NCBI GenBank assembly: GCA_963804995.1
Contig: CAWDSK010000002.1
Location: 320,001-384,000 of the forward strand
Source: an uncultured Acidobacteriota bacterium
GTDB taxonomy: Bacteria > Acidobacteriota > Terriglobia > UBA7540
Reading direction: 5' to 3'
DNA length: 64,000 bases
Program-made: the position numbers and the translations under genes
Notes under the pieces: model-generated
What the model saw: only the letters and a program-made list of their open reading frames with translations
Database searches by the model: none
What the model was told of the DNA's origin: nothing
In this document: in pieces, positions 10,864 to 20,469 of the stretch
Numbering within the stretch: the stretch's first letter is position 1
Layout of the letters: each line of letters opens with the position of its first letter

Positions 10864-10996
10864 GTAGCGCGGACCTCCGTTTTTGAGGTCCGCGGCCCTT
10901 CCTGCGAAAAATCACAGATGACCATGAGGGGGGCTGCCCGCGGATTCGGTAGCGTGAACTTAAGGAAGAGCCGCAGACCTCAAAAGCGGAGGTCTG
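10864..10996. repeat. GTAG-type REP-like element (left part) interrupted by the intron; continues at 12910-12915
   Basis: 33-bp inverted repeats GTAGCGCGGACCTCCGTTTTTGAGGTCCGCGGC / GCCGCAGACCTCAAAAGCGGAGGTCTG|CGCTAC. Confidence 0.85.
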
Positions 10997-12909
10997 GTGC
11001 GCCGGGATAAACCGGCAGAAAGCAGAGAATGAAAATTTCTCACGAGGAAGGAGCAGCGATCCACTCGGCCCCGAGTTTTGCGCTGGGCGTCGTGAGGCGC
11101 ACGGTGAAGCGTAAACAGGGGAATAGGTGGGCTGGGTATTGAGCTTCGAAAATGTCCAATCAGGACGCCGACGTTTTCAGACTAAACGGAAGGCAACATG
11201 AGGCCGGGACGCCAACGCGAGTTCCGGCACAGTCCTGCGTAGTCGTAGACCCCAGACACGCCTAGACACTTTCTGCACGAGAACCGGGAGACCTCGGAGG
11301 CGCCGGCCGCCGTAGATCGTGGCCGGACGGCGGGAAAAGGCGATGGCCGTACAGCCCGCCTGCACGCTTTCGAGGAGTCGGACAGCGGAACAGTACCGAT
11401 GAATCATTTGAACAAAGACGGGAAGCCGTTGGCGGAGAATGAGGAGGGAAGGCCGCTGATCAAGGAGAACACCCGTTGGCCTAACACGCACCCGACACAG
11501 AGCGGGGCACGCGTGTCCCAGGGACTCGCGGGTGTGCGGAAAGCCGCGAAGGAACACAGGGAGATGAAGTTCACGGCCTTGCTCCACCACTTAACGGTCG
11601 ATCTGCTGCGGGAAAGCTTTTACGCCTTGAAGCGAAAAGCTGCACCGGGAGTAGACGGCATGACGTGGCAGGAGTATGAAAGCGGGCTGGAAGGTCGACT
11701 CGTCGATCTGCACAGCCGGGTCCACCGCGGAGCATTCCGAGCGAAGCCCTCGCGAAGGGCGTATATCCCGAAAGGCGACGGGCGGCAACGTCCGTTGGGG
11801 GTTGCGGCACTGGAGGACAAGATCGTCCAACAGGCCGTGGTCACCATCCTCAATGCGATTTACGAGGAAGACTTTCTGGGCTTCTCGTATGGCTTTCGAC
11901 CGGGATGCAGCCAGCATCAAGCGCTGGACGCGCTCTCGTACGCGCTCACGGTGAAGCACGTGAACTACGTTCTTGACGCGGACATTCGTGGATTTTTCGA
12001 TTCGATATCCCACGAATGGATGCTCAAGTTCGTGCAGCATCGCGTCGCCGACCCCCGGATTCTCCGGCTCATCCAGAAATGGCTGAAAGCCGGGGTGAGG
12101 GAGGAAGGCGAATGGTCGGAGACGGAGATGGGTACGCCACAAGGGGCGGTGGTCTCGCCCCTGCTGGCGAATATCTATCTGCACTACGTCTTTGACCTGT
12201 GGGTGCAGGCGTGGCGCAAGAAGCACGCCCGGGGAGACGTGGTCGTGGTGCGGTATGCCGACGATACGGTCCTTGGATTCCAATCGCAGACGGAAGCCGA
12301 CCGCTTTCTGGAGGATTTCCGGGAGCGGGTGGGGAAGTTTGGATTGGAACGGCATCCTGACAAAACGCGCCGGATCGAGTTCGGGCCGTTTGCCGAACTT
12401 TACCGGAAACGGAGAGGAGAAGGTAAGCCGGAGACGTTCGACTTTCTGGGCTTCACGCATATCAGCGGGAAGAACCGGAGGGGGCAATTTACCGTGAAGC
12501 GGAAGACGATCAGCAAGCGCCTGCGGGGGAAGTTGCAGGAACTCAAGCAACAACTCCGGCAGCGTCGGCACGATCCCATCGCGGATACGGGTAAATGGCT
12601 CCGGTCGGTCGTGCAAGGCTACTTCAACTATCACGCGGTACCGGGAAACCTCGACCGCCTGCGAATCTTTCGGGAACGGTTGACCCGACTGTGGCGAACA
12701 CAACTGCGTCAACGCAGTCAACGCCACCGCCTCAACTGGGACCGACTGGGGAAGCTTGCGGCCTGCTGGTTGCCTGCTCCGCACGTTGTGCATCCTTGGC
12801 CATCCCAACGGTTCGCCGCCACACATCCGAGATAAGAGCCGTATGCGCTAACCAGCGCACGTACGGATCCGTGCGGGGGGTACCGGGTAACCGGTATCCC
12901 TACCGCAAC
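10997..12909 (+). mobile_element. Group II intron, full length (probably bacterial class E)
   Basis: 5' GTGCG; domain V GAGCCGTATGCG...CGCACGTACGGATC at ~12836; domain VI ending in AAC; flanks rejoin into a REP arm. Confidence 0.92.
11399..12835 (+). CDS. ltrA: Group II intron reverse transcriptase/maturase without endonuclease domain
   Basis: APGVDG, RPLG, GTPQG, RYADD, FDFLGF, then maturase X domain. Confidence 0.95.
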   Translation: MNHLNKDGKPLAENEEGRPLIKENTRWPNTHPTQSGARVSQGLAGVRKAAKEHREMKFTALLHHLTVDLLRESFYALKRKAAPGVDGMTWQEYESGLEGRLVDLHSRVHRGAFRAKPSRRAYIPKGDGRQRPLGVAALEDKIVQQAVVTILNAIYEEDFLGFSYGFRPGCSQHQALDALSYALTVKHVNYVLDADIRGFFDSISHEWMLKFVQHRVADPRILRLIQKWLKAGVREEGEWSETEMGTPQGAVVSPLLANIYLHYVFDLWVQAWRKKHARGDVVVVRYADDTVLGFQSQTEADRFLEDFRERVGKFGLERHPDKTRRIEFGPFAELYRKRRGEGKPETFDFLGFTHISGKNRRGQFTVKRKTISKRLRGKLQELKQQLRQRRHDPIADTGKWLRSVVQGYFNYHAVPGNLDRLRIFRERLTRLWRTQLRQRSQRHRLNWDRLGKLAACWLPAPHVVHPWPSQRFAATHPR

Positions 12910-13129
12910 CGCTACACTGGCGCCGTCACTCAGCAATCGAGAGAGATTGTCGTAAGACGTGTCCACACCATTCGGCCGCGTCAGGGAAGTCCGCCGCCCC
13001 GCAAAGCTCGGGGTTAGGGATTCGGGGTTGGCGATTGGGGGGTGGCGCATACGTGGCGTATTTTGACATGTATGCGGTCACTACGTTTGGTTTATGTGTA
13101 GCGGTTGCGAAGAGACCCCTCATTCGTTT

Positions 13130-13235
13130 TTCAGCACCCCACTTTTATCCTTTCAGCACCACCGGCCAATCCCTTGTTCAGCACCACCGCATTATTCCCT
13201 TTTCAGCACCACCCCGGCGCTCTGAGCGCCACCCC
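13130..13235 (+). repeat. Short direct repeats TTCAGCACC(ACC) x4 plus one degenerate copy
   Basis: Copies at ~13130, 13152, 13177, 13202 and 13223. Confidence 0.75.
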
Positions 13236-13244
13236 TCCTCATCT

Positions 13245-13343
13245 GAGGCGGTCTCACAACTAGCAAATTCACGGTTTTTACGACGAATAATCAATAACTT
13301 ACGCTGTGCAAAAGTCAGAAATACCTAGTTTTGAGACAGCCTC
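13245..13343. mobile_element. MITE-like element with imperfect 19-bp terminal inverted repeats
   Basis: GAGGCGGTCTCACAACTAG ... CTAGTTTTGAGACAGCCTC; AT-rich interior without ORF. Confidence 0.6.
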
Positions 13344-13615
13344 ATCTGAGGCGGGGAGTGTTTTTAAGAACTCCCCTCCTGATTTCCGTGGCGGTCCGAC
13401 CGCCGGGGTGGTTACGGTGGGTGGCACCTTGGGCGCCGGCGAGGTTATCCGCGTTGCGGCGCACTTCCGCAATATAGGGAATTGATTTGACAATCGATAC
13501 AGGGTTACCTATCCTGAATTGCTTCGGCTCAGACAGCTCGAAACTCTCGGCGAACCCCGCAAGGTCCACTTAGGTTTTTCCGAGGCCGCATACCACCCAT
13601 AAAGGACAACCCTTC

Positions 13616-14776
13616 ATGCCTGGCATTATTAAAGAGAGACTCTTCACTCCCGGTCCTACTCCTCTGCTAATGGAGGCGCAGGCACGTACCCTGACGGCGG
13701 CCAACGTTCACCATCGCACCGAAGCGTTTCGCAAAATCATGACGGAGACGCTCGGTTTGCTGAAGTACTACTACGGCACCCAGAACGACGTGCTGATTTT
13801 CGCGAGTTCCGGGACGGGGGCCATGGAAGGCTCGCTGACGAACCTCCTCTCCCCGGGCGAGCGTGTGCTGGTGGGCACGGCCGGCAAGTTCGGCGAACGC
13901 TGGTTGGGACTCGCCCAGGCCTACGGGATCGAAGCGGTGAAGGTGGAATCGCCTTACGGGCAGCCTGTGAACATCGACGCCATGAAGCAGAAGCTGGCCA
14001 CGGACGGTCCCTTCCGCGCCGTGTTCATCCAGGCCACGGAAACTTCCACGGCGGTGATGAACGATGTGCGCGCGCTAGGTGAGGCGGTGAAGAATTATCC
14101 CGAAACCGCATTGGTGGTTGACGCCATCACCGGCCTTGGAACCTCCGATCTGCGCATCGAGGAGTGGGGGCTTGACATTGTGATTGGCGGCTCGCAAAAG
14201 GCGGTGATGATTCCCCCCGGCCTGGCGTTTGTGAGTGTCAGTGAAAAGGCCTGGGGGCTGATTGCGAAGTCCAAGCTGCCGCGCTTCTATTTCGATTTCT
14301 CCAAGGAACGCAAGAACCAGGCGAAGGGTGAGACGGCTTACACGCCAGCCACCACGCTCATCATCAGCCTGCACGCGGCGCTCGAGTATATTCAGAAGCT
14401 GGGTCGCGAGAATCTGATTGCCAACGCGGCGCTGCTGGCGGAAGCTTCACGCGCCGCGGCGCAGGCGCTGGGGCTGAAGCTGTTTGCATCCAGTTCGCCC
14501 GCCAACGCCGCCACGGCTGTTTGCGCGCCCGCGGGCCTCGATTCCGGCTCCATCGTCAAGGAATTGCGCACGCGCTTTGGCGCCGTGATTGCCAACGGCC
14601 AGGGCAGCATGAAAGGCCTGATTTTCCGCCTGGCGCATCTGGGCTACTACGACATCACTGATCTGTTCGCGATCTTCGCGGCGCTCGAAATCGTGCTGTT
14701 GAAGCTGGGGCAGAAAGTGGAACTCGGTTCCGGCGTGCGCGCCGTGGAAGAGGTTTATCTGCGGCACGAGGCGTAA
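13616..14776 (+). CDS. Class V PLP aminotransferase (serine-pyruvate/alanine-glyoxylate type), probably supplying phosphoserine aminotransferase function with serA
   Basis: LFTPGPT, SGTGAME, VDAIT, GSQKA PLP lysine. Confidence 0.9.
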   Translation: MPGIIKERLFTPGPTPLLMEAQARTLTAANVHHRTEAFRKIMTETLGLLKYYYGTQNDVLIFASSGTGAMEGSLTNLLSPGERVLVGTAGKFGERWLGLAQAYGIEAVKVESPYGQPVNIDAMKQKLATDGPFRAVFIQATETSTAVMNDVRALGEAVKNYPETALVVDAITGLGTSDLRIEEWGLDIVIGGSQKAVMIPPGLAFVSVSEKAWGLIAKSKLPRFYFDFSKERKNQAKGETAYTPATTLIISLHAALEYIQKLGRENLIANAALLAEASRAAAQALGLKLFASSSPANAATAVCAPAGLDSGSIVKELRTRFGAVIANGQGSMKGLIFRLAHLGYYDITDLFAIFAALEIVLLKLGQKVELGSGVRAVEEVYLRHEA

Positions 14777-14953
14777 AAGCTGTCCGTGGTCCGTTGTCTG
14801 TTGCCAGCAGTCAATTGTCAGTTTTCCGTTCGGCCCTGCCCCCCTTGTAAGTATGGATGGGTACTTGAAGGGGGGTGCTAAGACAACTGACAACGGACTA
14901 CGGACAGCTGACACCAAACAGAAACACACCAATCTATTGTGGGAATCAAAATC

Positions 14954-16534
14954 ATGAAAATTCTCATTGCTGACAATGTCTCGGAGCGTGCCGTTGAAAT
15001 CCTTAAAGCGGAGGAATCCTGGAACGTCGTCTTCCTCCCCAAGAAGCCGGGGGCGACCGCTGCCGAGGAGGTGCGCGACGCCGATGCGTTGATCGTGCGC
15101 AGCGCCACCAAGGTGACTGCCCAGTTGCTTCAAAATGCTGAGCGGCTGCGCGTGATCGGCCGCGCCGGGGTGGGCGTGGACAACGTGGACCTGGACGCCG
15201 CTACGCAGAAAGGCGTGGTGGTGATGAACACGCCGGGCGGCAACGCTGTGAGCGTGGCCGAACACACGCTGGCGCTGCTGCTGGCGCTGGCCCGGCGCAT
15301 CCCGCAGGCTGACGCCTCCATGAAGCGGGGCCAATGGGAAAAGAAGAAACTCCAGGGGACGGAATTGCGCGGCAAGACGTTGGGGCTGGTCGGCGTAGGG
15401 CGGATCGGCTCCGAGGTGGCACGCCTGGCGAAAGCCTTGGAGATGGAACTGATCGCCTACGATCCCTACGTCTCATCGCTTCTGGCAGGTGAGTTGGAAC
15501 TCAAGCTGGCCACGCTCGAGGAGGTGCTGAAGACAGCCGATTTTATCAGCCTGCACGCCTCCTCGACGCCGGAGACCCACCATCTGATCAATGCCCGGAC
15601 GCTGGCGCTCGCCTCACCCGGGGTGCGCATTGTGAACTGCGCGCGCGGCGAACTGATCGATGAAGCTGCTTTGCTCGCGGCGCTGGAATGTGGACTGGTG
15701 GCCGGCGCGGCGCTCGATGTTTTTGAATCCGAGCCTCCCAAGGATTCCAAGCTCGTCGCCCATCCCAATGTTATCTCAACGCCACACATCGCCGGGTCGA
15801 CCGAGGAGGCCCAGGAAATCGTGGGCATCCGCATCGCCGAGCAGGTGCGAGATTTCCTGCTGCTGGGTGTGGCGCGCAACGCCGTCAACATGCCGGCAAT
15901 CTCCCCTGAGGAATTTAAGAAGCTCGAACCCTACATCCAGCTCGGGGAAAAGCTGGGGGCGTTTGCGGCGCAGATTGCGGGCGAAAGAATCCGTGAGGTG
16001 CAGATCAGTTACGACGGCGGGCTGGTGGAGCTCAATACCCACCTGGTGAAGAACGCGGTGCTGAAGGGAGTCCTCTCGCACGCGCTCTCCGAACCGGTAA
16101 ACCTGGTTAACGCCGGGGCGCTCGCGCAACAGCGGGGGGTGGAAGTGGCGGAACGGCGCAGCGGGCGGCGCGCGGCATTCTCTAACTCGCTCGGTATCGC
16201 GCTTACGACGGAGGGGGAATCCGCCACAGTGCTGGGGATGGTGGGGCTGCGCGGCGTCCTGCGCATTCTGGGCATCAACGACATCGATATCGAAGCACCC
16301 CTGCGCGGCGTGCTCCTCTACATTCGCAACCAGGATGTGCCGGGGGTCATTGGACGCGTGGGCACGATTCTGGGCGACCGCAAAATCAATATCGCCAACT
16401 TTGCCTTGGGACGAAACCCCCAAACCCAGCAGGCGCTCGGCCTGGTCAACGTGGATAATCACGTGCCTGACGAGGTGCTGAACGAAATCCGGGCCATCCC
16501 CGCCGTGCGCACGGCTCGGGTGGTGGAAGTCTAG
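14954..16534 (+). CDS. serA: D-3-phosphoglycerate dehydrogenase
   Basis: RAGVGVDNVD, GVGRIG, NCARG, TPHIAGST, C-terminal ACT domain. Confidence 0.96.
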   Translation: MKILIADNVSERAVEILKAEESWNVVFLPKKPGATAAEEVRDADALIVRSATKVTAQLLQNAERLRVIGRAGVGVDNVDLDAATQKGVVVMNTPGGNAVSVAEHTLALLLALARRIPQADASMKRGQWEKKKLQGTELRGKTLGLVGVGRIGSEVARLAKALEMELIAYDPYVSSLLAGELELKLATLEEVLKTADFISLHASSTPETHHLINARTLALASPGVRIVNCARGELIDEAALLAALECGLVAGAALDVFESEPPKDSKLVAHPNVISTPHIAGSTEEAQEIVGIRIAEQVRDFLLLGVARNAVNMPAISPEEFKKLEPYIQLGEKLGAFAAQIAGERIREVQISYDGGLVELNTHLVKNAVLKGVLSHALSEPVNLVNAGALAQQRGVEVAERRSGRRAAFSNSLGIALTTEGESATVLGMVGLRGVLRILGINDIDIEAPLRGVLLYIRNQDVPGVIGRVGTILGDRKINIANFALGRNPQTQQALGLVNVDNHVPDEVLNEIRAIPAVRTARVVEV

Positions 16535-16663
16535 CGCTGTGCCGCTTGACAGGAGTAGCGGTTAACGGTAGGGTTTGCGTCAGGGAGCTGAACAGGCGTC
16601 AACCGAACGTCTGAATAGAAAAATGCAGGGGAGGGCCCGTCTCCCGGGTGTCTGGAGGCGTTC

Positions 16664-17848
16664 ATGAGCGCTGTCGCTGAACCTGTTGCCATTCCTGCGG
16701 AGCGAATGCCGGCTCCTCAACCTCCGGTGACCAAGGACCGCCTGCTTTCCCTGGACGTGTTTCGCGGGATCACGCTTGCGGCCATGATCTTCGTGAACGC
16801 TCATGTCGATGGGCTCGGATACCCCCCCATCATGCACGCCCACTGGCATGGGTGGGGGCTTGCCGATCTTTGCTTCCCCTTTTTTCTTTTCATAGTAGGG
16901 GTGGCCATCCCTTATGCCTTTGCCAGTCGGCTGGACCGCGGGGTGAGCCCCAGCAAGCTGTACAACCATATCGTTTCCCGGTCGGCTATTATTTTTGCGT
17001 GCGGGCTCTTCCAGAACTGTATTCCCCTGGACGACGATCCGTGGTTCCATTTCTCCACCTTCCGCATTCTCGGAACCATGCAGCGAATCGCCTTGTGCTA
17101 TCTCATCGTTTCCATCATGTATCTGAAGAACGCAAAAACCAGGGGACTCGCCGTGATTACGGGGTCGCTGCTGGTGTTTTATTTCATCATGCTGAAGTTC
17201 GTGCCAGTGCCCGGCCACGGCGCCGGCATACTGGCGAGAGATGGTAATTGGGTGCAGTTTATCGACATGCATCTGATGCGGGGCCACCTTCAAACCCCCA
17301 ACTTTGAAGGGAAAGGCGTGTTGAGCACGCTGCCCGCTATTGCCAATACGCTGATAGGAGTCATGGTGGGCATGCACCTCCGGTCAGCGCGGTCGGCGCT
17401 CGAAAAAATAGCTCAGTTTTTCTTGATCGGAAACGTGATGATGTTCCTGGGTTTATTTTGGAGTATTTGGTTTCCCATCAACCAAAACCTCTGGAGCAGT
17501 TCCCTGGTGCTTTTCATGTGTGGAATGGCGACGGTCATCCTGGCTGGCTGTTACTATGTGGCGGACGTCCGGAAAGTCACTTGGTGGACCAAGCCCTTTG
17601 TCATTCTGGGGGTCAATTCCCTCGCGGTTTACAATGGAACTTGGATATTCATGTCGGTCCTGGACAAAATCAAGGTGCATCCAGCGGACGGCACCGTCAT
17701 TTCCGTGTGGCACCTGATCTATTACCGTGGCTTTGCTTCCTGGGCGGGCCCGGTGCCGGCTTCGCTGCCCTTTGGCTTTTCCAATGTCCTCTTGTTCCTC
17801 GCCCTTCTAACCTGGATGTATAAAAAACGAATTTTCCTCAAGGCTTGA
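16664..17848 (+). CDS. HGSNAT/NagX-like membrane acyltransferase
   Basis: RLLSLDVFRG, HAHWHG, ADLCFPFFLFIVG, LWSSS; multiple TM segments. Confidence 0.88.
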   Translation: MSAVAEPVAIPAERMPAPQPPVTKDRLLSLDVFRGITLAAMIFVNAHVDGLGYPPIMHAHWHGWGLADLCFPFFLFIVGVAIPYAFASRLDRGVSPSKLYNHIVSRSAIIFACGLFQNCIPLDDDPWFHFSTFRILGTMQRIALCYLIVSIMYLKNAKTRGLAVITGSLLVFYFIMLKFVPVPGHGAGILARDGNWVQFIDMHLMRGHLQTPNFEGKGVLSTLPAIANTLIGVMVGMHLRSARSALEKIAQFFLIGNVMMFLGLFWSIWFPINQNLWSSSLVLFMCGMATVILAGCYYVADVRKVTWWTKPFVILGVNSLAVYNGTWIFMSVLDKIKVHPADGTVISVWHLIYYRGFASWAGPVPASLPFGFSNVLLFLALLTWMYKKRIFLKA

Positions 17849-17865
17849 GGCGGGCCATTGAATCG

Positions 17866-18324
17866 ATGGCGACCTGGGTCTTCAAAATCAACACCAAGCG
17901 GGGCTGGGAATTCGACCAGTATTTTCGCTCCCGCACGCGCGGCGTCTTCGAAATGGGCGATGAAGGCTGGATTCGCAGCGCCTCGAGCCTGCGTTACCTT
18001 CGGGAAGAAGTGAAGCGCGGCGACCTGTTTCTTTGCTATGAGACGGACCGCAAACAGGTGCTGGGAGTGGCCCGCGCCGCTTCTGACGGCCGCGATGTGG
18101 GCCTGGGATCGTTGATCGATTTCTGTCCGCCGCGCCAGGCCGTGCGCCTGCAGAACCCTCTTACGCGGAACCCGGACCTCGATCACATTCTTGCTTTCAG
18201 TCCCCAGCGGGGGCGCGGGACAGTGCAGAGGATCGACGCCGATGAGTTCCGCCGCTTGCGCCGGATCATTCTTAAGAAGAATCCCGGGCAAGCCGAGAAG
18301 TTGCGTGTCTTGCTGGGCGAATGA
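17866..18324 (+). CDS. EVE-domain (PUA-like) protein
   Basis: N-terminal WVFK, VKRGDLFLCYE, C-terminal TVQRIDADEF pattern. Confidence 0.65.
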   Translation: MATWVFKINTKRGWEFDQYFRSRTRGVFEMGDEGWIRSASSLRYLREEVKRGDLFLCYETDRKQVLGVARAASDGRDVGLGSLIDFCPPRQAVRLQNPLTRNPDLDHILAFSPQRGRGTVQRIDADEFRRLRRIILKKNPGQAEKLRVLLGE

Positions 18325-18402
18325 CCCGCCGCCTCTTTGGCGAAGGCGTCTCCGGCCGGCACGGCGCGATATACACAATCTTTAATTGAGGAGGATAATC
18401 TC

Positions 18403-18768
18403 ATGACCAAGTTTTTTTCCGGACTGCTGCTCGGACTTCTGGGGTCCGTGCTGATCCTTACGGCCCAGCAGCGCCCTAGCCAAAAGGTAATTCCACCGCA
18501 GGTGATTCTGGACAACGCCAAAGTTAGAATCGTCCGCTGGGTCTTGAAGCCGGGCGAAGGAACGCCGGTGCACCAGCATGTCCTTGACCACGTCTCGGTG
18601 GTTATTCACGGCTCGACAACGCGCTCCTTCCCCACCGAGGGTGCGCCCAAAGATACAACCCAAACTTCCGGACAGGTCGAGTTCGTCCCGGGGACCGGCA
18701 GCAGCCACTCTTTCACGAACGTCGGCCATGAAACCTGGGAGTCGATTGCCATTGAATTGAAGAAGTGA
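18403..18768 (+). CDS. Exported cupin-domain protein
   Basis: Signal peptide, LKPGEGTPVHQH, HSFTNVG; GAGGAGG RBS. Confidence 0.85.
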   Translation: MTKFFSGLLLGLLGSVLILTAQQRPSQKVIPPQVILDNAKVRIVRWVLKPGEGTPVHQHVLDHVSVVIHGSTTRSFPTEGAPKDTTQTSGQVEFVPGTGSSHSFTNVGHETWESIAIELKK

Positions 18769-18840
18769 ACCGGCTTTGGTTCGCTTCGAATCACGCCGGC
18801 TGCGCAGGGTGGAGGAGCCGCAACCAAACGAGAATCATAG

Positions 18841-18972
18841 CCCTCTCCGAGGGGAGAGGGTGGACCGCAGCCGGCGTACTCATCAGCCGGGGCGGGACGG
18901 GCCTACGCCCACCGAAGGGGCAAATAGGAACAGTAAACAACTTCAGCTTCGGCCCGCAGGCGGGTGAGGGGT
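18841..18972 (+). repeat. CCCTCTCC-type REP-like palindromic repeat
   Basis: Homologous to 22776-22849 and, inverted, to 23106-23178. Confidence 0.75.
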
Positions 18973-19101
18973 CACTTTCGGGAAGTAGCTCAATATTCTT
19001 GCTAAAAAAACGAGGAGTTACGGTATTGCATTGCAGGGTGGAGTTACTCCGCATTCCATAAACGCCTGGAGTCGCACCTTCCAGCGAACGAGAGGCGAGA
19101 C

Positions 19102-20448
19102 GTGAATAGCCGAATCTCGCAATTCTTCCAGATCGAAGCTCACGGCACGACGATTCAGCGCGAGATCCTGGGTGGAGCCACCACCTTCCTCGCCATGTCT
19201 TACATCATCTTCGTGCAGCCGGGCGTGCTGTCGCTCGCGGGCATGAATTTCCAGGCGGTGCTGACCGCCACGTGCCTATCCGCCGCGGCGGCCACGCTGC
19301 TCATGGGCCTGGTGGCAAACTACCCCGTCGCGCTCGCGCCCGGCATGGGCGAAAACTTCTTCTTCGTCTACACGCTCTGCGGAGCCGTGCCCCTGGGCTT
19401 CGGCCTCACCTGGCAGCAGGGGCTGGCCGCCGTGCTTCTGGCGGGAATCTTTTTCATCGCCATCACCCTGACGGGCCTGCGCGCTCAGATCGTGAACTCC
19501 ATTCCCCATTCCTTGAAGTGCAGCATGGCGGCGGGTATCGGGATATTCATCACCCTCATCGGGCTTGAGTACGGCGGCCTGGTGGTGGGATCGCCGGGCA
19601 CGCTGGTGCGCCTGGGCGACCTGCACCAACCCGCCGCCATCGTGACCGTGCTGGGCCTGCTGGTGGTGATCGCGCTGCTGGGATTCCGAGTGCGCGGCGC
19701 CATCCTGATCGGCATCCTTTCGACCACCGTGCTCTCCATGCTTTTCGGCCTGGTCCATTACCAGGGGATCTTTTCGGCGCAACTTCATCTCGCGCCCACG
19801 TTCTGGAAATTCGATCTCCGCGGGCTGCTCGGCGTCTCACCGGCGCGTTTCGGCGCGGCAATATTTGTGCTTTTCTACCTGGCGCTTTTTGATACGGTGG
19901 GTACTCTGGTGGGAGTGGGCCAGCAAGCGGGTCTGGTCCGTGACGGCAAGCTGCCGCGCGTCGATCGCGCCCTCTTCTCGGATGCGGTGGGGACCACGGT
20001 GGGCGCGGCTCTGGGGACTTCCACCGTCACCTGCTACATTGAGTCTGCCGCGGGGGTTTCTGACGGCGCGCGCACGGGCCTGGCAAGCGTCGTCACCGGA
20101 CTACTGCTCGCTGCTTCCCTTTTCTTCAGCCCGCTGGCTGCCATGATTGGGGGCGGGGTCAAGGTGGGGCAGGCGACGCTCTATCCGACGCTTGCGCCCG
20201 CGCTGATTGTGGTGGGCTCGATGATGCTGAAGTCCTTGCGTGAGATTCCCTGGGAAGACCCCACGGAGTACCTGCCGGCGTTTCTCATTATCGTGGGCAT
20301 CCCCTTCACCTTCAGCATCGCGAATGGCATCGCCTTCGGACTCATCGCCTATTCCTTCGCGAAACTCGCCACCGGCCGCTGGCGTGAGTGCCCTACGCTC
20401 ACCTACATCTTCGCCGCCCTCTTCGTGGTCCAGTTCTGGATTCTTTAG
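19102..20448 (+). CDS. NCS2/AzgA-family nucleobase permease
   Basis: TTFLAMSYIIFVQP, LAPGMG, FDTVGTL, IESAAG...GARTG. Confidence 0.93.
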   Translation: MNSRISQFFQIEAHGTTIQREILGGATTFLAMSYIIFVQPGVLSLAGMNFQAVLTATCLSAAAATLLMGLVANYPVALAPGMGENFFFVYTLCGAVPLGFGLTWQQGLAAVLLAGIFFIAITLTGLRAQIVNSIPHSLKCSMAAGIGIFITLIGLEYGGLVVGSPGTLVRLGDLHQPAAIVTVLGLLVVIALLGFRVRGAILIGILSTTVLSMLFGLVHYQGIFSAQLHLAPTFWKFDLRGLLGVSPARFGAAIFVLFYLALFDTVGTLVGVGQQAGLVRDGKLPRVDRALFSDAVGTTVGAALGTSTVTCYIESAAGVSDGARTGLASVVTGLLLAASLFFSPLAAMIGGGVKVGQATLYPTLAPALIVVGSMMLKSLREIPWEDPTEYLPAFLIIVGIPFTFSIANGIAFGLIAYSFAKLATGRWRECPTLTYIFAALFVVQFWIL

Positions 20449-20469
20449 AGGCAGCGCGAAGCCGGAACG

